From positions 110,050,001-110,114,000 of the forward strand of contig OZ024740.1 in assembly GCA_964016885.1 (NCBI GenBank): 64,000 bases of DNA, given 5' to 3'. A model generated the notes under the pieces. It had not been told where the DNA came from and searched no databases. It saw only the letters and a program-made list of their open reading frames with translations. Shown here in pieces: positions 45,001-55,863 of the stretch. Both the position numbers and the translations under genes were made by a program. Source of the stretch: Eledone cirrhosa. Lineage: Eukaryota. The first letter of the stretch is position 1. Each line of letters opens with the position of its first letter.

Positions 45001-48000
45001 CAGTGTGAGATGAGTGTATTCTATCGTGGGACCAGCAGCACCACTTGACAGTGTGAGATGAGTGTATTCTATTGTGGCACCAGCACTACCACTTTACAGT
45101 GTGAGATGAGTGTATTCTATTGTGGCACCACCACTTTACAGTGTAATATGAGTGTATTCTATTGTGGCACCACCACCACCACCACTTTACAGTGTGAGAT
45201 GAGTGTATTCTATTGTGGCACCACCACTACCACTTTACAGTGTGAGATGAGTGTATTCTATTGTGACACCAGTACTACCACTTTACAGTGTGAGATGAGT
45301 GTATTCTATTGTGGCACCACCACCACCACTTTACAGTGTGAGATGAGTGTATTCTATTGTGGCACCAGCACTACCACTTTACAGTGTGAGATGAGTGTAT
45401 TCTATTGTGGCACCAGTACTACCACTTTACAGTGTGAGATGAGTGTATTCTATTGTGGCACCACCACTACCACTTTACAGTGTGAGATGAGTGTATTCTA
45501 TTGTGGCACCAGCACTACCACTTTACAGTGTGAGATGAGTGTATTCTATTGTGGCACCAGTACTACCACTTTACAGTGTGAGATGATTGTATTCTATTGT
45601 GGCACCAGCACTACCACTTTACAGTGTGAGATGTATGTATTCTATTGTGGCACCAGCACTATCACTTTACAGTGTGAGATGAGTGTATTCTATTGTGGCA
45701 CCAGTACCACCACTTTACAGTGTGAGATGTATGTATTCTATTGTGGGAGCAGTACTACCACTTTACAGCGTGAGATGAGTGTATTCTATTGTGGCACCAG
45801 TACTACCACTTTACAGTGTGAGATGAGTGTATTCTATTGTGGCACCAGCACTACCACTTTACAGTGTGAGATGAGTGTATTCTATTGTGGCACCACCACT
45901 ACCACTTTACAGTGTGAGATGAGTGTATTCTATTGTGGCACCACCACTACCACTTTACAGTGTGAGATGAGTGTATCCTATTGTGGCACCACCACTACCA
46001 CTTTACAGTGTGAGATGAGTGTATTCTATTGTGGCACCACCACTACCACTTTACAGTGTGAGATGAGTGTATTCTATTGTGGCACCAGTACTACCACTTT
46101 ACAGTGTGAGATGTGTGTATTCTATTGTGGCAGCAGCACTACCACTTTACAGTGTGAGCTGTGTGTATTCTATTGTGGCACCACCACCACCACCACTTTA
46201 CAGTATGAGATGAGTGCATTCTATTGTGGCACCACCACCACCACCACTTTACAGTATGAGATGAGTGCATTCTATTGTGGCACCATCACCACCACTTTAC
46301 AGTGTGAGATGAGTGTATTCTATTGTGGCACCACCACTACCACTTTACAGTGTGAGATGAGTGTATTCTATTGTGCCACCACCACCACCACTTTACAGTG
46401 TGAGCTGTATGTATTCTATTGTGGCACCAGTACTACCACTTTACAGTGTGAGATGAGTGTATTCTATTGTAACACCACCACTACCACTTTACAGTGTGAG
46501 ATGAGTGTATTCTATTGTGGCACCAGCACTACCACTTTACAGTGTGAGATGAGTGTATTCTATTGTGGCACCACCACTACCACTTTACAGCGTGAGATCA
46601 GTGTATTCTATTGTGGCACCAGTACTACAACTTTACAGTGTGAGATGAGTGTATTCTGTTGTGAGACCAGTACTACCACTTTACAGTGTGAGATGAGTGT
46701 ATTCTATTGTGGCACCAGCACCACCACTTTACAGTGTGAGATGAGTGTATTCTATTGTGGCACCAGTACTACCACGTTACAGTGTGAGATGAGTGTATTC
46801 TATTGGGGCACCACCACTACCACTTTACAGTGTAAGATGAGTGTATTCTATTGTGGCACCAGTACTACCACTTTACAGTGTGAGATGAGTGTATTCTATT
46901 GTGGAACCAGTACTACCACTTTACAGTGTGAGATGAGTGTATTCTATTGTGGCACCAGTACTACCACTTTACAGTGTGAGAAGAGTGTATTCTATTGTGA
47001 CACCAGTACTACTACTTTACAGTGTGAGCTGTATGTATTCTATTGTGGTACCAGCAGCACCACTTTACAGTGTGAGATGAGTGTATTCTATTGTGGCACC
47101 AGTACTACCACTTTACAGTGTGAGATGAGTGTATTCTATTGTGGCACCAGTACTACCACTTTACAGTGTGAGATGAGTGTATTCTATTGTGGCACCAGCA
47201 CCACCACTTTACAGTGTGAGATGAGTGTATTCTATTGTGGCACCACCACCACCACTTTACAGTGTGAGATGAGTGTATTCTATCGTGACACCACCACTAC
47301 CACTTTACAGTGTGAGATGAGTGTATTCTATTGTGGCACCAGCACCACCACTTTACAATGTGAGATGAGTGTATTCTATTGTGGCACCACCACCACCACT
47401 TAGCAGTGTAAGATGAGTGTATTCTATTGTGCCACCACCACTACCACTTTACAGTGTGAGCTGTATGTATTCTATTGTGGCACCAGCACTACCACTTTAC
47501 AGTGTGAGATGAGTGTATTCTATTGTGGGACCAGCACTACCACTTTACAGTGTGAGATGAGTGTATTCTATTTTGGGACCAGTACTACCACTTTACAGTG
47601 TGAGATGAGTGTATTCTATTGTGGCACCAGTACTACCACTTTACAGTGTGAGATGAGTGTATTCTATTGTGGCACCAGTACTACCACTTTACAGTGTGAG
47701 CTGTATGTATTCTATTGTGGGACCAGTACTACCACTTTACAGTGTGAGATGAGTGTATTCTATTGTGCCACCACCACTACCACTTTACAGTGTGAGATGA
47801 GTGTATTCTATTGTGGCACCAGTACTACCACTTTACAGTGTGAGCTGTATGTATTCTATTGTGGGGCTAGTACTACCACTTTACAGTGTGAGATGAGTGT
47901 ATTCTATTGTGGCACCACCACTACCACTTTACAGTGTGAGCTGAGTGTATTCTATTGTGGCACCAGCACTACCACTTTACAGTGTGAGATGTATGTATTC

Positions 48001-51000
48001 TATTGTGGCACCAGCACCACCACTTTACAGTGTGAGATGAGTGTATTCTATTGTGCCACCACCACTACCACTTTACAGTGTGAGATGAGTGTATTCTATT
48101 GTGGCACCACCACTACCACTTTACAGTGTGAGCTGTATGTATTCTATTGTGGCACCAGCACTACCACTTTACAGTGTGAGATGAGTGTATTCTATTGTGG
48201 AACCATCACTACCACTTTACAGTGTGAGCTGTATGTATTCTATTGTGGCACCAGCAACACCACTTTACAGTGTGAGATGAGTGTATTCTATTGTGGCACC
48301 AGCAGCATCACTTTACAGTGTGAGATGAGTGTATTCTATTGTGGCACCAGCACTACCACTTTACAGTGTGAGATGAGTGCATTCTATTGTGGCACCACCA
48401 CTACCACTTTACAGTGTGAGATGAGTGTATTCTATTGTGGCACCAGTACTACCACTTTACAGTGTGAGCTGTATGTATTCTATTGTGGCACCACCACTAC
48501 CACTTTACAGTGTGAGATGAGTGTATTCTATTGTGGCACCACCACTACCACTTTACAGTGTGAGATGAGTGTATTCTATTGTGGCACCACCACTACCACT
48601 TTACAGTGTGAGATGAGTGTATTCTATTGTGGCACCAGTACTACCACTTTACAGTGTGAGATGTGTGTATTCTATTGTGGCAGCAGCACTACCACTTTAC
48701 AGTGTGAGCTGTGTGTATTCTATTGTGGCACCACCACCACCACCACTTTACAGTATGAGATGAGTGCATTCTATTGTGGCACCACCACCACCACCACTTT
48801 ACAGTATGAGATGAGTGCATTCTATTGTGGCACCATCACCACCACTTTACAGTGTGAGATGAGTGTATTCTATTGTGGCACCACCACTACCACTTTACAG
48901 TGTGAGATGAGTGTATTCTATTGTGCCACCACCACCACCACTTTACAGTGTGAGCTGTATGTATTCTATTGTGGCACCAGTACTACCACTTTACAGTGTG
49001 AGATGAGTGTATTCTATTGTAACACCACCACTACCACTTTACAGTGTGAGATGAGTGTATTCTATTGTGGCACCAGCACTACCACTTTACAGTGTGAGAT
49101 GAGTGTATTCTATTGTGGCACCACCACTACCACTTTACAGCGTGAGATCAGTGTATTCTATTGTGGCACCAGTACTACAACTTTACAGTGTGAGATGAGT
49201 GTATTCTGTTGTGAGACCAGTACTACCACTTTACAGTGTGAGATGAGTGTATTCTATTGTGGCACCAGCACCACCACTTTACAGTGTGAGATGAGTGTAT
49301 TCTATTGTGGCACCAGTACTACCACGTTACAGTGTGAGATGAGTGTATTCTATTGGGGCACCACCACTACCACTTTACAGTGTAAGATGAGTGTATTCTA
49401 TTGTGGCACCAGTACTACCACTTTACAGTGTGAGATGAGTGTATTCTATTGTGGAACCAGTACTACCACTTTACAGTGTGAGATGAGTGTATTCTATTGT
49501 GGCACCAGTACTACCACTTTACAGTGTGAGAAGAGTGTATTCTATTGTGACACCAGTACTACTACTTTACAGTGTGAGCTGTATGTATTCTATTGTGGTA
49601 CCAGCAGCACCACTTTACAGTGTGAGATGAGTGTATTCTATTGTGGCACCAGTACTACCACTTTACAGTGTGAGATGAGTGTATTCTATTGTGGCACCAG
49701 TACTACCACTTTACAGTGTGAGATGAGTGTATTCTATTGTGGCACCAGCACCACCACTTTACAGTGTGAGATGAGTGTATTCTATTGTGGCACCACCACC
49801 ACCACTTTACAGTGTGAGATGAGTGTATTCTATCGTGACACCACCACTACCACTTTACAGTGTGAGATGAGTGTATTCTATTGTGGCACCAGCACCACCA
49901 CTTTACAATGTGAGATGAGTGTATTCTATTGTGGCACCACCACCACCACTTAGCAGTGTAAGATGAGTGTATTCTATTGTGCCACCACCACTACCACTTT
50001 ACAGTGTGAGCTGTATGTATTCTATTGTGGCACCAGCACTACCACTTTACAGTGTGAGATGAGTGTATTCTATTGTGACACCAGTACTACCACTTTACAG
50101 TGTGAGATGAGTGTATTCTATTGTGGGACCAGCACTACCACTTTACAGTGTGAGATGAGTGTATTCTATTTTGGGACCAGTACTACCACTTTACAGTGTG
50201 AGATGAGTGTATTCTATTGTGGCACCAGTACTACCACTTTACAGTGTGAGATGAGTGTATTCTATTGTGGCACCAGTACTACCACTTTACAGTGTGAGCT
50301 GTATGTATTCTATTGTGGGACCAGTACTACCACTTTACAGTGTGAGATGAGTGTATTCTATTGTGCCACCACCACTACCACTTTACAGTGTGAGATGAGT
50401 GTATTCTATTGTGGCACCAGTACTACCACTTTACAGTGTGAGCTGTATGTATTCTATTGTGGGGCTAGTACTACCACTTTACAGTGTGAGATGAGTGTAT
50501 TCTATTGTGGCACCACCACTACCACTTTACAGTGTGAGCTGAGTGTATTCTATTGTGGCACCAGCACTACCACTTTACAGTGTGAGATGTATGTATTCTA
50601 TTGTGGCACCAGCACCACCACTTTACAGTGTGAGATGAGTGTATTCTATTGTGCCACCACCACTACCACTTTACAGTGTGAGATGAGTGTATTCTATTGT
50701 GGCACCACCACTACCACTTTACAGTGTGAGCTGTATGTATTCTATTGTGGCACCAGCACTACCACTTTACAGTGTGAGATGAGTGTATTCTATTGTGGAA
50801 CCATCACTACCACTTTACAGTGTGAGCTGTATGTATTCTATTGTGGCACCAGCAACACCACTTTACAGTGTGAGATGAGTGTATTCTATTGTGGCACCAG
50901 CAGCATCACTTTACAGTGTGAGATGAGTGTATTCTATTGTGGCACCAGCACTACCACTTTACAGTGTGAGATGAGTGCATTCTATTGTGGCACCACCACT

Positions 51001-51670
51001 ACCACTTTACAGTGTGAGATGAGTGTATTCTATTGTGGCACCAGTACTACCACTTTACAGTGTGAGCTGTATGTATTCTATTGTGGCACCACCACTACCA
51101 CTTTACAGTGTGAGATGAGTGTATTCTATTGTGGCACCAGTACTACCACTTTACAGTGTGAGATGAGTGTATTCTATTGTGGCACCAGCACCACCACTTT
51201 ACAGTGTGAGATGAGTGTATTCTATTGTGGCACCAGCACTACCACTTTACAGTGTGAGATGAGTGTATTCTATTGTGGCACCAGTACTACCACTTTACAG
51301 TGTGAGATGAGTGTATTCTATTGTGGCACCACCAGCACCACTTTACAGTGTGAGATGAGTGTATTCTATTGTGGCACCACCACTACCACTTTACAGTGTG
51401 AGATGAGTGTATTCTATTGTGGCACCAGCACCACCACTTTACAGTGTGAGATGAGTGTATTCTATTGTGGCACCAGCACTACCACTTTACAGTGTGAGAT
51501 GAGTGTATTCTATTGTGGCACCAGCACTACCACTTTACAGTGTGAGCTGTATGTATTCTATTGTGGCACCAGCAGTACCACTTTACAGTGTGAGCTGTGT
51601 GCATTTTATTGTGGCACCAGTACTAATGTGGCCCCAACATTAGTGTGCATTTTATTGCAGCACTAGTGCA
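1..51670. repeat. Satellite array, 48-bp monomer, about 1,075-1,080 head-to-tail copies; continues beyond the left edge
   Basis: Consensus GAGATGAGTGTATTCTATTGTGGCACC(AGT/ACC/AGC)ACTACCACTTTACAGTGT repeats with no foreign insertion or inversion. Length variants of 37, 39, 42 and 51 bp occur. Terminal units at ~51590-51670 are degenerate. Copy number estimated as length/48. Confidence 0.99.
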
Positions 51671-52215
51671 CCAAATTATATATGTGTGTGTATTAAAAAA
51701 TTCAGATTGTGACACCATGAAATGAGAAAGGGTAGTATAATGAAGGGAGGGACACATGAGTTAGATCTAATTGAAGATGATATAGCTGGGAGGTGGAGGG
51801 GGAAAAATTGGTTAGATATTTAGGGGTAGCTGGAACTGTATGTGTACACATGTGTGTATATGTGTGAGACAGATTAGATATCCTGAGGAAGAATTTGATA
51901 ATATGAGACTAGGAATGTCAAGATATCCAGTTAGAGCCAACAGTATGTGTGTGTATATATCTATATATATATACTGACAGGCACAATAAAGGTGGAACAG
52001 ACTGATAGTGAAATAACAAACAGAAAGACTAATTTTAATAATCCTTAATTCAATGAGAATAGAACATAAAATAATTGGACTGTGTCAATGGTAGTGTTTA
52101 AAACGGTAAGATAATGACGGAATGAGTGGAATCATAGCAATGTAAGGACTGTGGAAATGAAACATAACCTGAGGAAGCTTATTAGTATTTGGCTTATCAT
52201 AATCATTATTAAGGT

Positions 52216-52556
52216 AGATGGGAGATGTCTTAGTGTTAATATATAGGAATAGCACAGATTACAGATGTCTTAATACTAAGATACAGGAATAGCACAGTTG
52301 GTTGTTGTCTTGGTGTTATGATATAGGAATAGCACAGATGGTAAATGTCTTAGTGTTAACATATAGGAATAGCACAGATTATAGATGTCTTAGTGTTAAG
52401 ATATAGGAATAGCAGTTATGGTAGAAGTCTTAGTGTTAAGATATAGGGATAGCACAGATGATAGGTGCCTTTGTGTTAAGATATAGGAATAGCACAGATG
52501 ATAGATGTCTTAGTGTTACGATATAGGAATAGGGACAGGTGGTAGATGTCTTAAGA
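52216..52556. repeat. 40-bp minisatellite, ~8 diverged copies
   Basis: Unit approximately AGATGTCTTAGTGTTAAGATATAGGAATAGCACAGATGGT; GGAATAGCACAG-like core recurs every 40 bp. Confidence 0.95.
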
Positions 52557-52781
52557 TACAAGACTATCATAGGGGAATTGAAATCAAGACACCCACAACC
52601 CCAAAGCAAACTTCTTATACCCTCAGCCAGAACTGTGTCCATTGTTACCATGTATAGTGTTAGTATTAGTGATTGGTACAATGGAATATGACAGAGATCA
52701 ATAATTCAATAGCAAGCAAAAATAACAAAGCCAATACCAAGTACAATATCTATCAATCTTTCTCTCTCTCTATATATATAT

Positions 52782-53413
52782 AAGCGCATACCCTCCATCA
52801 GACACCTACCATACTCTGAACGCCTTGCTTCCCTGGGCATGGATTCATTGAAGCTCCGACGTCTGGCAGTGGACTTGGTGAATACCCACAAAGTTTTTAA
52901 CCATCTCGCCAACTGCAACCCTGAGCGCCTCTTTGATCTCCATGTATCTAACACACGTGGACATGCCTACAAGATAAGAAAACAGCACAGCTCCCATGAC
53001 TTTCGCAGACATTTTTTCACGCTCAGAGTTGCTGAAACATGGAACAAACTGCCTGCGTCAATTGTTAGCTGCCGAGACACTGCATCCTTTAAGACACTCA
53101 TGCTTCCCGAAATACGCCAAAACTACACCTGATGTGCCCCTTCCATACACATGCACACATGTGTGCACTGTTCATTTTACTGATGTTTGTGCATTGCCCT
53201 ATGTACTGTACATGCACTTTTTTGATGGGTTGTGGTGCACCTGGGCACTGTGCACAATATTTCATTATTGTTATTGTTATTATATCATGACTCATACACT
53301 GTTTATTTTCCTGACATTTGTACATTATTCTATGTACTATACATGCACCTTTGATGAGTTGTAGTGCACCTGAGCACTGTACACAATAATTTCATTATTA
53401 TTATTATTATTAT
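52782..53413 (+). mobile_element. 5'-truncated CR1-clade LINE: ORF2 C-terminus plus 3' UTR and (ATT)n tail
   Basis: Frame from 52782 reads KRIPSIRHLPYSERLASLGMDSLKLRRLAVDL..TRGHAYKI..FFTLRVAETWNKLP..SFK, the typical CR1 ORF2 C-terminal motifs (YxERL, RRxxxDL, TRGH, FFxxRVxxxWNxLP). Stop at 53132; tail TTCATTATTATT. Confidence 0.88.
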
Positions 53414-53518
53414 ATAGGCTGTCCCGCCCAAAATGTATACATATTTTGATTACCTGTCCAGGCAATATTTATCAGAAGGCTGTTAAAGTGTGTATAAAAC
53501 ATTTTGGAACACCATGTG
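53413..53518. mobile_element. Possible degenerate Tc1/mariner-type MITE (~100 bp)
   Basis: Imperfect terminal inverted repeats TATAGGCTGTCCC..CCAAAATG and CATTTTGGAACACCATGT resemble CAGGGTGTCCCAAAA-type TIRs. Confidence 0.3.
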
Positions 53519-53519
53519 C

Positions 53520-53552
<33 letters not shown>

Positions 53553-53569
53553 CATATATATATATATAT

Positions 53570-53908
53570 GGAGGCACATGGCTTAGTGGTTAGAGCCTTG
53601 GCCTTGCAATCGAAAGGTTGTGAGTTCAATTCTCAGACCTGGTGATGTGTTGTTTCCTTGAGCAAGACACTTTATTTCACATTGCTCCAGTTTACTCAGC
53701 TGTAGAAATGAGATGTAGGACTGGGGTCCCTATCATTCCACTGCAAAGTGGTCGTGTAGGTGCCACGGCAAAAAAGCACCCACCACTCACTGTAAATGAG
53801 GTTGGTGTTAGGAAGGGCATCCAGCTGTAGAAATCAAGCCAGAATCAGTTCCCGTCCAACCCTTGCAAACAGGGAAAAGTGGACGTAAAATGAAAAGATG
53901 ATGAAATG
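53570..53908 (+). mobile_element. Full-length tRNA-derived SINE with RTE-derived 3' tail
   Basis: A-box TGGCTTAGTGG (53579), B-box GTTCAATTC (53624), core CCTTGAGCAAGACACTTTATTTCAC, tail GGTGTTAGGAAGGGCATCCAGCTGTAGAAA..GGACGTAAAATGA shared with the RTE at 55861. Flanked by (TA)n. Confidence 0.92.
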
Positions 53909-53960
53909 ATATATATATATATACATACATACAAAGACATATATATATATACATGCACTA

Positions 53961-54005
53961 TTACTTGTTCCAGTCAATAGAATGTGACCATGATGGGGCA
54001 CTACC
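53961..54005 (-). mobile_element. 3'-tail fragment of a second SINE family
   Basis: Reverse complement GGTAGTGCCCCATCATGGTCACATTCTATTGACTGGAACAAGTAA resembles 58710-58755 (GGTGCTCCAGCATGGCC..TGAAAGAATAA). Confidence 0.45.
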
Positions 54006-54100
54006 AATACAATAATTTCAGGCCTACTATCATTGACACACTGAACAATATAATTATTGCCTTCTGGAGAATCACTTTACTGATTACATTACACAATCAA

Positions 54101-54393
54101 CATCATCATCGTTTAACGTCCATCTTCCACGCTAGCATGGTTTAGATGGAAGTTGTCCCACTTGCGGCAAGGTTGGTCGGGTGACCGTGTCTCGCTCATA
54201 TAGGACTATCTGGCAGGTTTTCTACGGCTGGATGCCCTTCCTAACACCAACCACATTTACAGTGTGGAACTGGGAACTTTTTACCATGTTACTACATGGC
54301 CACATTACAGTGTGGACTGTGAGTTTTTTTGTCGCGACACCTACACGATCTCGATATCTCATTTATTTGGACTGGATGTTGCGGTACCAACAA
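54101..54393 (-). mobile_element. 5'-truncated RTE LINE, 3' UTR only, (GAT)n tail
   Basis: Colinear with 55861-56147 from CATCATCGTTTAACGTC through GGATGCCCTTCCTAACACCAAC to GGTACCAACA. Confidence 0.88.
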
Positions 54394-54415
54394 TATATAT
54401 ATATATATATATATA

Positions 54416-54753
54416 TTTCATCATTTCATTTTACGTCCGCTTTTTCCCTGCTTGCAAGGGTGGGACGGGAACTGATTTTTGGCTTGATTTCTACAGCTGG
54501 ATGCCCTTCCTAACACCAACCTCATTTACAGTGAGTGCTGGGTGCTTTTTTGCCGTGGCACCTCCACGACCACTTTGCAGTGGAATGATATGGACCCCAG
54601 TCCCTATCATCTCATTTCTACAGCTGAGTAAACTGGAGCAATGTGAAATAAAGTGTCTTGCTCAAGGAAACAACACATCACCAGGTCTGAGAATTAAACT
54701 CACAACCTTTCGATTGCAAGGCCAATGCTCTAACCACTAAGCCATGTGCCTCC
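54416..54753 (-). mobile_element. Full-length tRNA-derived SINE, inverted near-identical copy of 53570-53908
   Basis: Reverse complement matches 53570-53908 end to end with only scattered differences. Confidence 0.92.
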
Positions 54754-55400
54754 ATATATATATATATGAGTGTGTATTTATTTAGAAATATATATACACA
54801 CACATAAATATGAATGTGTATATAAATTTATTTATATGTATGTATGTACACATATACAAATACATCATGCATACATATGTGTATATATATATATATATAT
54901 ATACATACACATACATATGAATGTATATATAATACATACACATGCATGAACAAATGTCAGATAGAACTTGTCTATTAACAGACCTATAATGGTGGTGCCA
55001 TTTCTCTGGTACATATTAAGGTTGGTAAGGAAATTAGAATTTACCTTCTACTTAACACCATCACCCACTCCTGACACATATCAAATATATGAAATAGAAG
55101 AATATAAAAACACCTTTCTAATTAGCAATAAAAGGATGTGTGTGAATGTGCATATATATATATGTGACTGTGTGAGTGACTGAGTGTGTGTGTGTGAATA
55201 TATATATATATATGCATGTACATAAATATCTATAGGTATATATATATATATATGTGTGTGCATGTGTGTTTATATATATATATATATATAAACATGTACA
55301 CACATAAACACATCTATAGGTATATTATATATATATACACTCGCACACATAAACACACACACACATGCATGTTTGAATGTGTATTTAATGTATCTGTGCG
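54754..55400. repeat. Compound (TA)n/(CA)n/(TG)n microsatellite-rich tract
   Basis: Dinucleotide runs at 54754-54950 and 55135-55400; similar runs at 53519-53569, 55760-55830 and 57173-57235. Confidence 0.85.
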
Positions 55401-55766
55401 TATATGTTCCTATACATGCAGACTATATAGAAGAGAACATTAGATTGAGTAAATCCCCCTCTTTCTAGTCAGAACCAGAATGAGTCATTTCAATACAGTG
55501 GCCAGATATAGGATCTTTTTATATTTTTAATTTCTTCTTTCTTTCTATCTGAACAAAAACTGAGGAATCAATAATCTATTGATTGGCTGCAGTTCAATAC
55601 ACAATGCAGAAATCAATGTAGATGTAATAACTGGCTAGTTCGGTACAAGGACTTTACCTAATTATTGAACACGTGAAGAGGGAGAAGGAAGGAAAGAAAG
55701 GGCTGAAGAAAAATGACATCACCCAACATCAACAATAGTGCATATTAGTATAAATATAATGTGTGT

Positions 55767-55814
<48 letters not shown>

Positions 55815-55834
55815 GTGTGTGTATGTATATAAGT

Positions 55835-55863
55835 GAAGGTGCTTGGCTTAGTGGTTAGAGCAT
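55835..55863 (+). mobile_element. SINE 5' stub (A-box only) abutting an RTE tail
   Basis: GAAGGTGCTTGGCTTAGTGGTTAGAGCAT matches the first ~29 nt of the SINE at 53570/54753. Confidence 0.65.

Noticed and set aside
43-51666. Giant ORFs (up to 2,426 aa) as real mucin-like or Cys-rich genes
   Set aside because: Pure monomer translation with no unique N- or C-terminus, signal peptide or splice structure. Stops and frameshifts are duplicated along with the blocks. One open frame out of six is expected for a 16-codon unit, and the monomer traces to a non-coding UTR.
1-51670. CRISPR array or variable-cassette diversity system
   Set aside because: No unique spacers; variation is point mutation and ACC/ACT slippage inherited in duplicated blocks; no cas or recombinase genes; eukaryotic context.
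1-51670. C2H2 zinc-finger tandem array
   Set aside because: Period is 16 codons rather than ~28, with no HxxxH or TGEKP linker in any frame; minus-strand frames contain regular stops.
1-51670. Centromere or telomere assignment; G-quadruplex function of (GGT)n on the minus strand
   Set aside because: No TTAGGG tracts; centromere function cannot be read from sequence; only a minority of units have four GG runs and these would be weak two-tier structures.
53570-53645. tRNA gene (also 54680-54753 and 59005-59070)
   Set aside because: A and B boxes are present but there is no proper acceptor stem, and the sequence continues into a SINE core and LINE tail.
54181-55443. Short ORFs rich in YIYI/THTH/CVCV (also 52436, 52996, 53098, 56877, 58344, 58660, 61392, 62072, 63356, 63406)
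   Set aside because: Translations of microsatellites, TE UTRs or antisense TE frames with no recognisable domain.
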